A stretch of DNA of 64,000 nt, from positions 16,925,360 to 16,989,359 of the forward strand of contig NC_043019.1 of NCBI RefSeq assembly GCF_006345805.1, written 5' to 3'. The stretch comes from Octopus sinensis (Eukaryota). Under the pieces are notes generated by a model. It saw only the letters and a program-made list of their open reading frames with translations. It was not told the origin of the DNA and made no database searches. Below are positions 39,101-54,800 of this stretch, one piece after another (the stretch's first letter is position 1; each line of letters opens with the position of its first letter). The translations under genes and the position numbers were made by a program.

Positions 39101-42100
39101 TTTGTTTCACCTGCCTTTGAGGTATTCTGCAATTTTTTAAGCCCTGTAAGTCTTTAACCCTTTTGTTACCAACCCGGCTGAAACCGGCTCTGGCTCTGAG
39201 TACAAATGTCTTGTTTTCATAAGTTTTAAATTAAAATTTTCCACTAAACCTTAGTCACAATTTATGTTCCTAACACTATCTGAATGATAACTAAGTTATT
39301 TTACTAAATCCTTTGTTAGATTTAAAATTTATTGAAAGAAACACAGAGTATCTCAAAATAAATACAGTAACGAATACAGTAATGAAATACCACAACCTAA
39401 AAGGTGTTTAATAGCACACATGCATTATGTGACATTAACAACTTATTTATTGGGCAAATGCAGTTGTAATACAACCTTATTTACTGATCTGTCACAGTAC
39501 AACTGTTACATGATCTGTTATAAGAAAATGTTTACTGACCTGTCATAGTAATATTGGTCATCATTCCATGAGTGAGAATAGGGTGGTGACCTATAGCCAG
39601 AGCTATAGGGGCCATCATCATTCATTTCACGGTAATTATTTCTTTCATGAGAATCTACTGTCACAACTCGAAGTTCTTTGTAGTCAAGTTCTTCTTCTCC
39701 TGCATCAATAAGATCATACTGGCGGAGTTCCTCTCGATCAAATATAGGCCTTGTTCCTTCATTCTTCTGACGGATCATCACAAAATCATAGGGATTAAAC
39801 TCCCGCCGGACAGGCTGAGGAGGAGATCCAGATGCTACATGTGAATTTCGATGAATCCCAATTGTAATATTTTCATCAAAACGGAAAGGAGTATCTGGTT
39901 CAAGCATTTTAAAGCGTTCAGTCAGACTGCACCGTCTCTGGTTCTGTAGGTAGGCCCTACCAAGAGCCACACGGCTGTAGCTATCTTCAGGAATTAAAGC
40001 ATGTGATGACTGATAAGATCCTTGGGCGTAACCTGAAACCCCTGGAGACATTTTCCTACTGTTGAACGAAGGAGGTAATGGGTTATCATGATAGCTAGAA
40101 AGAGAAGTGTGCTGAGATGAATGACCAAATGGCTGTCCTGATGCTTTGTAACTGGAGCTCGGCTGTCCACCATAATCCATAGATGACATAGAGGGCACCA
40201 CTTGCCTGCTGCCACTGCCCCACATGGGTGACCTATGTGATAGAAATTAGGTAATAGTTACAATTCAATATTATGGATGGCACTTCTGAAATATTCAATA
40301 TCAAAAGATAAAATAAATAATGAAAAAAAACTAGGATTTCACAGATTATTTTCAATAAATACAGATAATAAAAATATCATTGTATATTAAAAAAAACTGA
40401 GAATGATGATGGCTTAAGATGACAAAAGGTTTGAAACACCAATTCAGATATATATCTGGAAATATGTTTGGAGCAGAAATATCTTGGCTCAGAGCCAAGT
40501 TTGGTTTTCTTTTCAAAACAAATCATCTGCACAGGTTGTTCAGAAAGAGTTTGCAGAACAATCTTGTCTGTCGTTTATGGTATGCATGTCTGTGGAGTAC
40601 TCAGCCACTTGTGAGTTAATGTTGTCCTCGTGTAGTAATGAAAATTGAAAGTGACATCCAATATCTGCTGTAGTTATTTCTCTTTGATTTACCAATGTGT
40701 CCATGTATCTATTTTCGCTTCGATGTATTTATCAGTCCACTCTGAATACAGTGATAAACATTTAGAAACAAAAAAATGCCACCTTCCTTTCAGTCACCAC
40801 TCTCTGTCTCTCCTCTCTCCCACTTTGCCACTCACTTCAACTATACCTCCTCTGCTTAATTCCTTTTCTCTTTTCTGTGTACCACTCCCTTCAACCTTTT
40901 TACCCCTTCTTTGAAGCAAGTGTGACACACACCACAGGTACATACGTAGAAAAACAAAAGTTAGCATATCAATATTTAGGATAAAAATTGTTTGTTTAAC
41001 AATAAATGCTTAAGGAAATGAAGAACTACTACCAGAGATATTGACACTGAACAAAAACCTGGTGCAATTTATTGGTCTATTGTATGCATTGTTATTATTG
41101 GGGTTGGCCAAAACGTCCATTTGGTTTTTTAAGCATAAATAAGAAACAAATTTTAAACACAAAGCTATTTATTCAATAAATGATATAATTGCCATCTAGC
41201 TTCAGTATCTTCTGCAATCTTGGGAGCAGATCCATTATTCTCTGTTCAAAGAATTCCATCTTCACTAGCAAAGAACTCTTTCAGGTGGATTCTTATGTCC
41301 TCTTCAGAGCTGAATGTCTATCCATTCACTGAATTTTGAAGAGACTGAAACAAGTAGAAATCTGAAGGTGCAAAGTCAGATGAATATGGAGGCTGAAGCG
41401 TTTGCAAAGAGGTGTGCAGCCTGACAGGATCATGAAAGACAATGCCCTAACAATTAGCATGTTCTGGATGCTTCTGGCGAATCACTACATTTAATTTGTC
41501 CTACTCGTCACAGTACACATCCAAATCAATGGTCCTATTCATGAGAAGAAGCTCATAAAAGGCAACACTTTTCCAATCCCCATCAAAGTCCAATTTTGGA
41601 GGTTGCTTGTGGTGGTTCACCAAGCTTCTCCCATGGTCGTTTGCACCTCACATTGTTATAGACAATCCATTCTTCATTCTCTGTCACCATTCTCTAGAGA
41701 AAAGCACCTCTGACATACACAACACATATCTTTCTACAGGTGTCTGCTGGTTTTTAACCCCACCTTGTTTTTTCTTAAATAAAAAAGTATGACATGCCAA
41801 TAATGTTTGTTTTGCTTCTCCATTTTCAGAGTGATCTCCAGCACACAAAATACAACCTGTCTCATCATAAGTTCATGTTGAACTACGTTAGTGTGTCAGT
41901 TAATTAACGAGTAAAAATGTGCAAAGGAAAGAAAAAATAAAGGAGGAGGGGGGGAGTGCGATGTCATATGCCTAAAACATAAGCCAAAGCAAAAAGGAAA
42001 CTCTTTGGCCAACCCAATATAATACAATGGCTGTTTTTCTGTTTATGACATTAACAGGGAAAAGTTGAATCAAACAAGTATTTTAATGTTGATGACACTA

Positions 42101-45011
42101 AAGAAGCTCTAAAGGCATTCCATAAAACTGATAATTGTTGTTTGACAATTTTGTTTACGAGGAATGGCTTTGTTTGCACAATTGTTTTTGAAGCGGGAAA
42201 CCTTTCCAATTACTAATGAATCAATAATGAAATTAAAAAAATTATAATTTTAAGAATGTAACTTATCAAGCCAAAAGGTGGTGTGAGCATTAAAGAGCTT
42301 TTGTTCTTGAAATTTTTTAGTGTTTTTTTGTTTGTTTTACAATAGAGGAATAACCTTTAACAATAACAACAATCACACTTATAACCATCATGTAATGTCA
42401 AGATAAGGCTACACTAAAGCACACACGTACATACACATTTCGACGGATGACTTCAAAAACCTATTAGTCATGGAATCTGTCAATTTCTTAAGAATAGAAG
42501 GTTGGACTGCCTCTGCTGCAGCTTTGATGGTTGCCCATAAGACATCTTTCGACGTAAATAGGCATCTATCGACATAAACATCTTGTTTAATGATGGACCA
42601 AAGATTTTCGATAAGGTTCAGATCCGGAGATGCTAGCGCCCACACAATCAACCTTTGACCTTGTATGCCGTAAGATGCTAGGAAATTTTGGGTGGTCTTA
42701 GCAGGGTGGGAGAGAGTATTGTCATGCATGAAAACGAGATTCCTTAGAAGTGACAGCAGTATGTCATCTCGCCAGGGATCTACAAGACCTCCTTCAGCAG
42801 ATTGCAGTTGGTGGCTACGGTCACTTTAACCTCTTCAGGTACCCTGACCAGGCCAACAAGTCTGTCTCCAATGATACCAGCCCACAACATGACTCCTCTA
42901 CCATGTCATTGATGCTCAGCTCCACGATAAACCCAACTATTTGCACAACCGTCAGGTTGATTGAGGATCACCCTGGTTTCGCCAGAGAACAGAACACAAC
43001 TCATGTCTAACGTCATGTACATTTGGGCCCATTGGAATCTCAAACTCCTGTGAGGAGGCTGTTTCAGGTGGTTTTTCAGTACATGAAGTCTGGAAGCAGT
43101 GAAAATGGCCTTGCTTGTTTGTCCAGGTTTCCCACGTAACTTGTGGCCAATATTACTTAAATTCCTAGCTGTCATAGTCTTGTAGGTCCCACAATCAGAT
43201 CGTTTCTTCCTTGGCTCTCATGTGTCTAAATAATTCATTATGTCAATAACTGTTATAATATTATAATGGGTTGGCATGCACACACACACACACACAGAAT
43301 GTGTAACCCAGAAAAGTCTACCATATCCATACGTGTCACAAAAGATGACTTGTTTTGCTCAAAAACTCCTGTCCAGTCCGTTGTGCAGGCATGGCTGTGT
43401 GGTTGAGTAACTTGCTTCCCAACCTAATGGTCTGATGTTCAGTCCCACATTGGGCAGCTACCTTCTAACGTAACCCCCAGGCCAACCCATTCCTCATATG
43501 CTAGCATTAAAACATATCAGTGAAACTAAGTTCAAGAAGCGCTGTGTGTCCTACCCACACTTAAGAAAACTTCTCATACATTCTACCACAACAACCCAAA
43601 CTACATCTCTACATTTCTTCTCTTCCTCACATTTCCTCCTTCATGCACTGTGCTTACCTCCCACCCCGCAATCATGTCCTCTTGGCCCTATCCCACTGTA
43701 TCATTGCTCTCCGCTAGCCCCCGACCTATGTGTTCCACCCACACACCCCGTCTCACTGTATTATTGCTATCTGCTAGCCCTGGCCTGTGTGTTCCACCCA
43801 CATGCTCTGTCTCACTGTATCATTGCTATCTGCTGGCCCCTGGCCTGTGTGTTCCACCCACACATAACAAGAAAACTTTCCACTCATCCTACCCCAACAA
43901 ACCAATCTACATCTCCACATCTCTTCTCTTCCTCACATTCTCTCCTTCATACATTATGCCTAGCTCTCACTCCCCAATCCTGTCCTCACGGCCCTGTTTT
44001 TCTGTATCATTGCTATTCAGTAACACCCCCCCCCCAACTATATATACCCAAGTTTCCACCCCCGCCCAGCACTCTTTAATCGTGATTCTTCACAGTATCT
44101 TTGCACTTATAATTATAACCTTCGAACCTCAATGGTATGCCCTGGCACTTGCCACCATCTTTATCTCTCTCTTCCTTTTCTCAACCATCCCATTTATATT
44201 CCGATCCCTATTCCTTGTGAGTATGCCTGGCACTTTGTCACCATCTCTATCCTGCTGTTTCCCGCTCTCTCTCTCTCCTCCTGCACTTCCTTCAAATTGG
44301 TTAACCACTTAAAAAGCACCCAATCCACACTGTAACGTGGTTGGTGTTCAGAAGGGCATCCAGTTGTAAAAACCTTGCCAAAACTGACCTCGCCTGTGCT
44401 TGTGCCACATAAAAAGCACTAAGTCTACTCTGCAGAGTGGTTGGTGTTAGGAAGGGCATCCAGCTGTAAACATCCTGCCAAAACAGTCACAGAAGTCTGG
44501 TGCAGGTTTCTGCCTGGCCGGTTCCTGTCAAACTGTCCCCCCACCCATGCCAGCATGGAAGCCGAAAGTTAAATGATGATGATATACACATATCAGGACA
44601 TAAAGAATAAAATGCCTGATTTTCTTATGCACCAAGTTTGACTGATTCCACTGCAAAGTGTTGAGTAAAGTTATTTGATTGCAGACCTCCTTTCAGTGTT
44701 TTTATTATCACACACATACACTTAGATATATACATACATATATATACGATTGATTTCTTTAAGTTTCAGTCTATGAAATGCATATATATATATATGTGTG
44801 TGTATATACACACACAAAGATAAATTGTGTGGGCAAACAAAAATATGAGATACTGCCTAGTGGATTTTTATTTTTTATTTTGATAAGCCTGGTACTTATT
44901 CTATCAGTTTCTTCTTGTGAAACCAGTAAGTTATGGGGCTCAAAATATACGAACAGCATTTGTGAAGCAGTGATGAGGGAGAAACACACACACACATATA
45001 GACTTACATAT

Positions 45012-45044
<33 letters not shown>

Positions 45045-45251
45045 ATTGATTTCTTTCAGTTTCTGTCTACAAAATCCACTGACAAGGCTTTGGTTGGTCT
45101 GAGGCTATAGCAGAAGACACATGCTAAGTCACCACACAGTGGGACTGAACCCAGGACCATGTGTTTTGGAACAAAGTTTGTTACCACACAGCCACACCTG
45201 CACCTATGTGTGTGTGTATATATATATATATATGTACATATTACATGTACA

Positions 45252-45292
<41 letters not shown>

Positions 45293-46203
45293 GCATAGGA
45301 GAGCGGGTAAATGAACATTGGAGACAACTCAAGGAAGGTAAAAGCTCATCAATTCTGTACCAACACGCCGAACAGGAACATGGGGGATCAATTAACAACA
45401 TAGAAATTAAAATATTGTCCACACATAGAACAGATGCAACAATCAGACAAATTACAGAAGCTGTACACATAATAGAAAATAAACCTAGCCTGAATAGGAA
45501 ACTAGAACGGAACACTAGCACACACCATAACATATGACGGTAGAGGATCCCAATAAACTGGTTACAATATATAAACAAAACCGAAAACATAAAACATAAT
45601 AAATAAAATACACAGATAAATAGTTTTTTAATTTTTTTTTTGTTTAATTTAAAAGATTTTTTGGATTTATTATTATTATTACTAGTATTGTTGTTATACA
45701 TACAAGCATACGTAATGATAATAATAATAAGTGGATGTAAACACAACAAAAACAACTTACATAAACGTATATAAACAAGAGATAGAAATATTACAGGCAT
45801 TCCACTCACCCCCCTCCACACACATACACAATAACTAAACATAGACGCACATAGAGATATAAGCATGCGCAAAAGAAGACATACAATAGAAATACAAAAT
45901 GGCAGACGGTTAGTAAGGAGAGACACAAATGAGAAAGAAGAAAACAAAGGACCACTGATGCGGTCACAGGAGTGTGACGAAAGAACTCTGGCCGAAATAA
46001 GATTAAGATTAATGTAAAAAATAAATAACACTGAAGCAAAATAACACCAAATATATATAGTGCATGTGTTTTTATTGGCTAAACTGGCAAAATGACTATT
46101 CCGAAATATAACAATATCTGTTTCAACACACGACTTCACATAAAAAATCTTGCACAACAATATATAAATATATATATATTAATATATATATATATACATA
46201 TAT

Positions 46204-46251
<48 letters not shown>

Positions 46252-46312
46252 CTATATATATATATACATATATATATACATATACATATATATATATATA
46301 CAATATATATAC

Positions 46313-46343
<31 letters not shown>

Positions 46344-46682
46344 CAATATATATATATATATACTATATATATATACATATATATTACATATATATATATA
46401 TACATATATATATACATATATATATATATACATATATATATACATATATATATACATATATATATACATATATATATACATACATATATATATACATATA
46501 TATATACATATATATATACATATATATATACATATATATATATACATATATATATATATACATATATATATACATATATACATATATATATACATATATA
46601 TATATATACTATATATATACATATATATATACATATATATATATTATATATATACATATATATACATGTATATATATACATC

Positions 46683-46714
<32 letters not shown>

Positions 46715-46794
46715 TATACATGTATATATATACATCTATATATATATATATATACATATATATACATGTATATATATATACATGTATATATATA

Positions 46795-46830
<36 letters not shown>

Positions 46831-47112
46831 ATATATACATGTATATATATACATCTATAATATATATATATATACATATATATATATACATGTATATATA
46901 TACATCTATATATATATATATACATATATATACATGTATATATATACATCTATATATATATATATACATATATATACATGTATATATATACATCTATATA
47001 TATATATACATATATATACATGTATATATATACATCTATATATATATATATACATATATATACATGTATATATATACATCTATACATATATATATACATG
47101 TATATATATACA

Positions 47113-47154
<42 letters not shown>

Positions 47155-47271
47155 CATATATATACATATAATATATACATACATATATATATACATACAT
47201 ATATATATATACATATATACATACATATATATATATATACATACATATAATATATACATACATATATATAC

Positions 47272-47305
<34 letters not shown>

Positions 47306-47862
47306 ACATACATATATATATATACATATATATATACATATATATATACATATATATATACATATATATATACATATATATATATATATACATATATATA
47401 CATGTATATATATACATCTATATATATATATATATTACATATATATACATGTATATATACATCTATATAATATATATATACATATATATACATGTATATA
47501 TATATACATGTATATATACATCTATATATATATATATACATATATATATACATGTATATATATACATCTATATATATATATATATACATATATATACATG
47601 TATATATATACATCTATATATATATATATACATATATATACATGTATATATATACATCTATATATATATATATACATATATATACATGTATATATATACA
47701 TCTATATATATATATACATATATATACATGTATATATATAACATCTATATATATATATATACATATATACATGTATATATATACATCTATATATATATAT
47801 ATACATATATTACATGTATATATATACATCTATATATATATATACATGTATATATATACATC

Positions 47863-47922
<60 letters not shown>

Positions 47923-48098
47923 ACATACATATATATATACATACATATAATATATATATACATATATACATACATATATATATACATACATACATATATA
48001 TAATACATACATACATATATACATACATATATATATATACATACATATATATATACATACATATATTATATATACATATATATATACATAATATATAC

Positions 48099-48131
<33 letters not shown>

Positions 48132-48674
48132 CATATATATACATGTATATATATAATATATATACATATATATATATATATATACATATATATACATGTA
48201 TATATATACATCTATATATATATATAGATATATATACATATATATACATGTATATATATACATCTATATATATATATATACATATATATACATGTATATA
48301 TATACATCTATATATATATATATATACATATATATACATGTATATATATACATCTATATATATATATATACATATATATACATGTATATATATACTCTAT
48401 ATATATATATACATATAATACATGTATATATATACATCTATATTATATATATACATGTATATATATACATCTAATATATATATATACATGTTATATATAC
48501 ATCTATATATATAATATATATATATATATATACATATATATATAACATACATATATATATATATACATATATACATACATATATATATATACATACATAC
48601 ATACATATATATATATACATACATACATATATACATACATATATATATATACATACATATATATATATACATAC

Positions 48675-48707
<33 letters not shown>

Positions 48708-48781
48708 CATATATATACATATATATATATATATATACATATATATACTTATACATACATGTATATATATATACATCTATA

Positions 48782-48813
<32 letters not shown>

Positions 48814-51800
48814 CATGTAAATGTAAATTTAAAATAATAAGGGTGAAAATTTGAATGTCAATTTGATTAATATCAATTTAAAACCAGTGGTGTAGCACAT
48901 TGAAAAGTCTGAAGTTTCAGAAAAATTTATATTACATACATATAAGAGGAATGTCCGCTTTTAGTTCATGCCACTTATATAATAGTTTCACTTTAATAGT
49001 TTCAGTATTAAAGTGAAAGCATTTAACATTACAATAGAGAGATGTTTTTGTTTCACTTTTGACATGTAATACTGAAATAGTGGAGAAGATATAATATTGC
49101 TATGGGCTCGCCCTAGGCAAGAAGTTCAAATTTTTTTTTGCCCACGACACTCCATGGACCCTAAGTAAGGCATGAGTAAAATTTGAATGAAATTGGTTGT
49201 GTAGTTCTCAAGTTTTAGGGATTCACAGACAGACAGACACACATTCTCAGTTTTATATATATAGATACATACACACACACATATGTACATATATATATAT
49301 GTACATATGTGTGTGTGTGTGCACATGTCTTCTTGTCTTGAAGTCGTGAGGCTGTTGTAAATGGCTAGCATTCCATTTCCAATATTCTGCAAAAGAGCAT
49401 CTGGCTATAGAAAATCTGCTTTAATAAACCGTCTGCCAACACAAGCAAGGAAAAATGGACACGAAAATGATGACGATGATGGTGATAAGCATCATGATCA
49501 CCTGAATAATTAATTTAATGCTTACGCAAAAGTTCATATCTAAGATGGGTTTTTTTTGTATATAGTTGCGTGTATGTTTCGTTTAATACAGCCTTAATTC
49601 ATTAATATTCATGGTAAAAACAAAACAAATAAATGCAAATTATAGAATGAATTTATAAAGCTTACTTGGATCGTCGCTTCATATTAACAGGACTACGTCT
49701 TGAAATTGGGCTGAAACCTTTCCTAGAATGATCCCGACGGCTGTAGCTGTCGTGATGAGAAGGTGGAGAATATCTATGTCGCCGGGATACAGACAATGTA
49801 CGGTTTGGGCTGTGAGCAGAGGTCATGTGTGAAATTGGCGACCTTGAATGGCGTTCCACCCTTGTTGTAGCGCTGGACCGATAATGACTAACATGGCTAT
49901 ATGGAAGGTATGTGTCAGTGTGATGGTGGCTCTCTTTGCGATGGTAGAGAGAGAGAGACTTGGAGGGAGGAGGAGATCTATCTCTGAAAAGAAAGAAAGA
50001 AAAAAAATTAACAACTAATTAATATTCAACACAATTAACATTACTATCTTTTATCTCTTATCTTTTTACGTTTCCCTTATTAGACTGTGGCCATGCTGGT
50101 GCACTGCCTAGAAGTCTTTGTCAAATGAATCAATCCCAGTTATGTTTTTTTTTTTAAATCTAGTACTTATATCTGTCTCTTTTGCCAAACTGCTAAGTTA
50201 CACAACAACACCAGTTATCAAGTGGTGGAGGGGGAAGACACACACACACACACACATATATATACATATATACGACGGGCTTCTTTCAGGTTCTGTCTAC
50301 CAAATCTACTCACAAAGCTTTGGTCGACCTGAGGCAATAGCAGAAGACATTCACCCAAAGTGCCACACAGTGGGACTGAATCCAGAACCATGTGGTTGGG
50401 AAGCAAGCTTCTTACCACACAGCCGTGGCTGGGCCTATATATTAATATCAAATCACTGCATTCATCTTCAACAAAGCAAGTCAATCGTTGCTTTACATTT
50501 GATCGCAAACAGCTCTTAATGACAAAGATGATGGTTGAACAGAAATTAATCAAACTTCATCATGAACAATTTTTCACCAAAAAACTACAAGAATTTATCC
50601 TAAAGTAACTTACCCACTTCAAAGCATTCTTGCCTTTCACGCTCTGCATTCAAATAATGCTTTCAGTGTTTTCATAAGAATGGAAATTATTTCTTAAATA
50701 TAAACTTTAATAAGAATTCTATCAGAGGTTGCCTACTCCACGGATCCAGTGAGTCATCATAATTATTGTATTAACAAGTTTTTCTATGTTAGCATTGGTT
50801 TCAAATTTTGGCACAAGGCCAGCAATTTTGGGGAAAGGCCTAAATCGATTACATCAACCCCCAGCCCTCACCTAATACCTATTTTGTTGGCTCTGAAAGA
50901 ATGAAAGAGCAAAATCGACCAACGTGGCATTTGAACTCAGAACGTTAAGATGGATGAAATGCCACTAGGCATGTTGCCAAGTGTGCCAAAAATTCTGCCT
51001 ACTCGCTGCCCTCGTTGGTGCTATATTACATTAACATGATAAGCATTTTGAGAAGGAACAGCAGCAACAACAACTGACTCGTATACCTATGTGTGTTATC
51101 TTTCTGTTCCTCTAGCTCTGGCTAGTGGGCTGTAGCCATACAGCCATCCATGTTGCAAAATACTTTGCTCTCACCTCGGTATTTGGTGGATGAGGCAGTT
51201 TGATGCAGTCGCTCATTGTGCATTTGTTGCTGTGAAATAAATTCATTTGGGATTTTACTTCATCAAAATGCCTGACCGTTGTTTGAACTTACTAGCATCA
51301 ACAGTCTGCAGAATGCTCAATTTTATGAAGATATTTAACAGCTGTAGTTTAGCCTGGCATGTGTTGGGCTCATGATGATACAGAATGTGGGTTCAATTCC
51401 TGGCTTTTACAGTACACTGTGTTCTTAAGCAAGGCATTTCATTTCATGTTGCTCCAGTTTACTCAGCCCAAAATAAGTACCAGCTCAAGCAGGTGCAACC
51501 CTTCCTCCTCTCCACTGTCACATTCTACATATTCTACTGGGTCAAGGAGTAGGAGGGCAGAAAGAATATCTATACCTGCTCACAACTAGTTAGGTACCTG
51601 AAGCAATTAATGAAAGCACGGTACATACGACCAAACCAGAATTGCAAGTTGTGGTTCTTTTCCTTTTCTGGTTTTTAAAACAAGTTGAATGGAGAGAGTA
51701 AAAATTTGGACACTTAGCGTTAGGCAGTTGGCAGATCTGCATAGTTCCCAGTATTGAAGTTTGGTGCCAACCGTTCTAAAAATCTTGCAGCTGCAAATTA

Positions 51801-54800
51801 CTGCACACATCTCCTTTTTATATTGCAGTAAGCAGAGTCTTGAAGCTTTCGACCTTGCAAGCTTCATGCAATGATGGGACCATCATAAGAGGCATCCATT
51901 CAGATAATGAAGAACAAATGTCTTCCTCCTCCTCACCGCCACCATCTAATGCCCGTCTTCATGTTGGAAAGGGTTGGACGGTTTGATAGGGGTTAGGCAA
52001 GCCAGAGAGCTGCACCAGGCTCCACTGTCTGCTTTGACATAGTTTCTGTGGCTGGATGTCCTTCCTAATGCCAACCACTTTACAGGCTGCATTGGGTGCT
52101 TTTTTTTCCTATGTGGCACCAAGAGAGATGGCTTAGTGTCAGCTGAGAGGTTAACGTATGATGGCCGGATAGAGATAGGTGTCATACAGCAGAGAAGATA
52201 CTTGGCTACCATAGTAGGGAGAGGAGAGAGAGAGAGAAAGAGATATGGATGGTGAAACAGTGTAGGGGGAGTATAAGTGGTAGAGAGGGAACAGAGGTGG
52301 GTGTTCCATAAGAGTGTGAGGGGAAATGTTTAGGAATGGGGAAGAGATGAGTGTAGCGAGAGAAATTGGAGTGGCTGAGGGGTGGGGTCCTTGGTGGACC
52401 CCTAACCCTACATGGAATTCTTCACTGTACTCGTTGCCAACCCTCACCTTACTGACAACATCCTTGTACATGGCTTGCGCAGTTCTCACTAACCATTCAT
52501 CTATCCCTAGTTTCCTCACTGACTACGAGAGAAGGGATTGGGGACCCTGTCAAAAGGCTTTCTCCATGTCAACGAAAGCCAGGTACAGAGGTTTATCTTT
52601 GGCTAGGTATTTCTCCTGCAGCTGTCTTACCAGAAATATAGCATCAGTGGTGCTTTTCCCTGGCAGGAACCCAAACTGCATCTCATCTACACTGATCCTC
52701 TCCCTAATTAGTTGGGCTATGACCCTCTCTGTGACCTTCATTACCTGATCCAACAACTTGATACCTCTGTAATTTGTATCTAAAGCATCACCTTTACCTT
52801 TGTAGCAGGTGACTATGGTGCTGCTACACCAGTCATTGGGTACGACTCCTTCATGTACCATCTGGTTAACTATACGGGTGACTAGGCTATAGCCGACACT
52901 GCCAGATATTTTGAGCATTGCTGCAGTGATTCCTGATGGGCTGGGGGCTTATCCTGTCTTCATACCCTTAATTGCTTTATCTATCAAGGTACTGTTAATT
53001 CGGATAGCTGGTCCCTTTGTTGGGTTGGCATTCAGCAGACTCTCTTTCTCCCGTTCATTCTCTTTATTTAGCAACCTTCCATAGTGGTGTCTCCAAAACT
53101 CTCTTTTTGCAGCCTCGTTTAATGCAGGTGAAGCATCTTCCATGCGGACACATTTCTCTCCTATGACATCACGATTCTCTTTCAATCACCCCCAAGTTTG
53201 AGAAACAAACACTCATAACTTTTTCTTTTAAAACTTCATTGCATGAGACTGATACCATGAAATTCCTCGAATTGAGCTCTATCATTTAAGCTTAATTAAA
53301 ATATAATTTGTTTTTAAAATTAAAAAAAGTTAATTATACTTAAATCCGATTTTTTGCTTTATATTTCTTTTTCATATTTTACCTCACAACTTTTTTGATA
53401 CAAATTTTTGTTGCATGGGACCAAAACTATGAAATTCTTCATGCTTTCTTCTATTATTGAAGCCAAGGTAAATATATTTTGCTTTTAAAACAAAAAAAAA
53501 GTTATTTAGATCTAAACTCGATTGATGGCATTACTTACTCACTTATAATGTTGCTACAAATTTTGATGTAAATTTTTTTCTACTGGATCAAATCTCACTT
53601 TTTTAATGCCAAAATATAGCTAGGGACCAGTACTCTTCAAAAATGTTTCAATTTGGTTAAGAACTGAATTAGCGACAAGCTCTGAAGATGCTGCATGTGA
53701 GTAAATTGCAGCCTTAAGAATATTATTCAACTACAAGCATAGTTAAATAATTTTAACATTTTAACATGTGTGTTTAAACTAAAACAATAGCAAATTTCTG
53801 ACAGGTCAAACATACATTTTAAGTGCAACCTGAAAACAATGTAAAAAGCCAAAGTTTTGATCCGGAGTCGCCACGAACCTGTTGTGTGTGTGTGTGTGTG
53901 TGCGTTTGACTGTTGATAAAAACCTTCTCCTGAGGTTTTCCGATAACAGCCTTACCTCAACTAATATTTATGCTTTGTTTACATTTATTTACAGTTCAAT
54001 CACACCAACTTCATCTGTTTGAATCAATTTTGCTGCAGAGCTGAAGAAATACGTCCAAAGAAAGCGACGCCATATTTCACTTATAATTATATATATATAT
54101 ATCAAAACTATTTTGATGTATAATAACTCTGCAGAATCTTCAACTTCAATATGTACTTCACATAAATACAACAACACACCGGGTTGTAATACTGGAATAA
54201 GTACGTGGGCTTCTTGAGGACACAGCTTGGATTTTACCCTACCTACATTGTGTGTGTGTGTGTGTGTGTTACACAAACAAAATGTATATTTCACAACCCC
54301 GTTGCGCCAACCAGCGAGAGGTACTCAGGATATAAAGGTGTTAGCGTAGGGATTAAGTGTAACTGGCACATTTCCAGGTATCATCAATTCTCTACATGCG
54401 GTGACTTCAAAGTAAATAATGAAGTTATAATTACATAAGAAAGCATTATATTAAAACCGCCCAAATTTACTTATTCTTAAAATGAATAAAAGGGCGGATT
54501 CGGGGAATAGCTGTCCTTCAAAATTCCAAGCCACATGGGAAAAGAGGTTTTTTTTTTTCTTCTTCTTTCAAATATTCATATTCCTGCATCATACATCGGG
54601 CATTATAAGTCGAATAATAAAAATGTTTTCCAAAATTTCAGTTTTCCTTTTTTAACACTTTTGCCTCTAACTTCGTTTCCAAAGAAGAACTTATTTCAAA
54701 ACTACGCCGATATTACTATAACATTATTTTCATTATTACTACAATGGCTAGACTAAATTTTCACATGGCATCAATGAATTTAATTCCGACACAGTAAATA

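Noticed and set aside
46092-48816. Long YI/IY-rich ORFs (up to 359 aa)
   Set aside because: Translations of the TA microsatellite.
53989-54294. 101-aa minus-strand ORF in intron 1
   Set aside because: Spans microsatellites, with no motif and no convincing splice sites.
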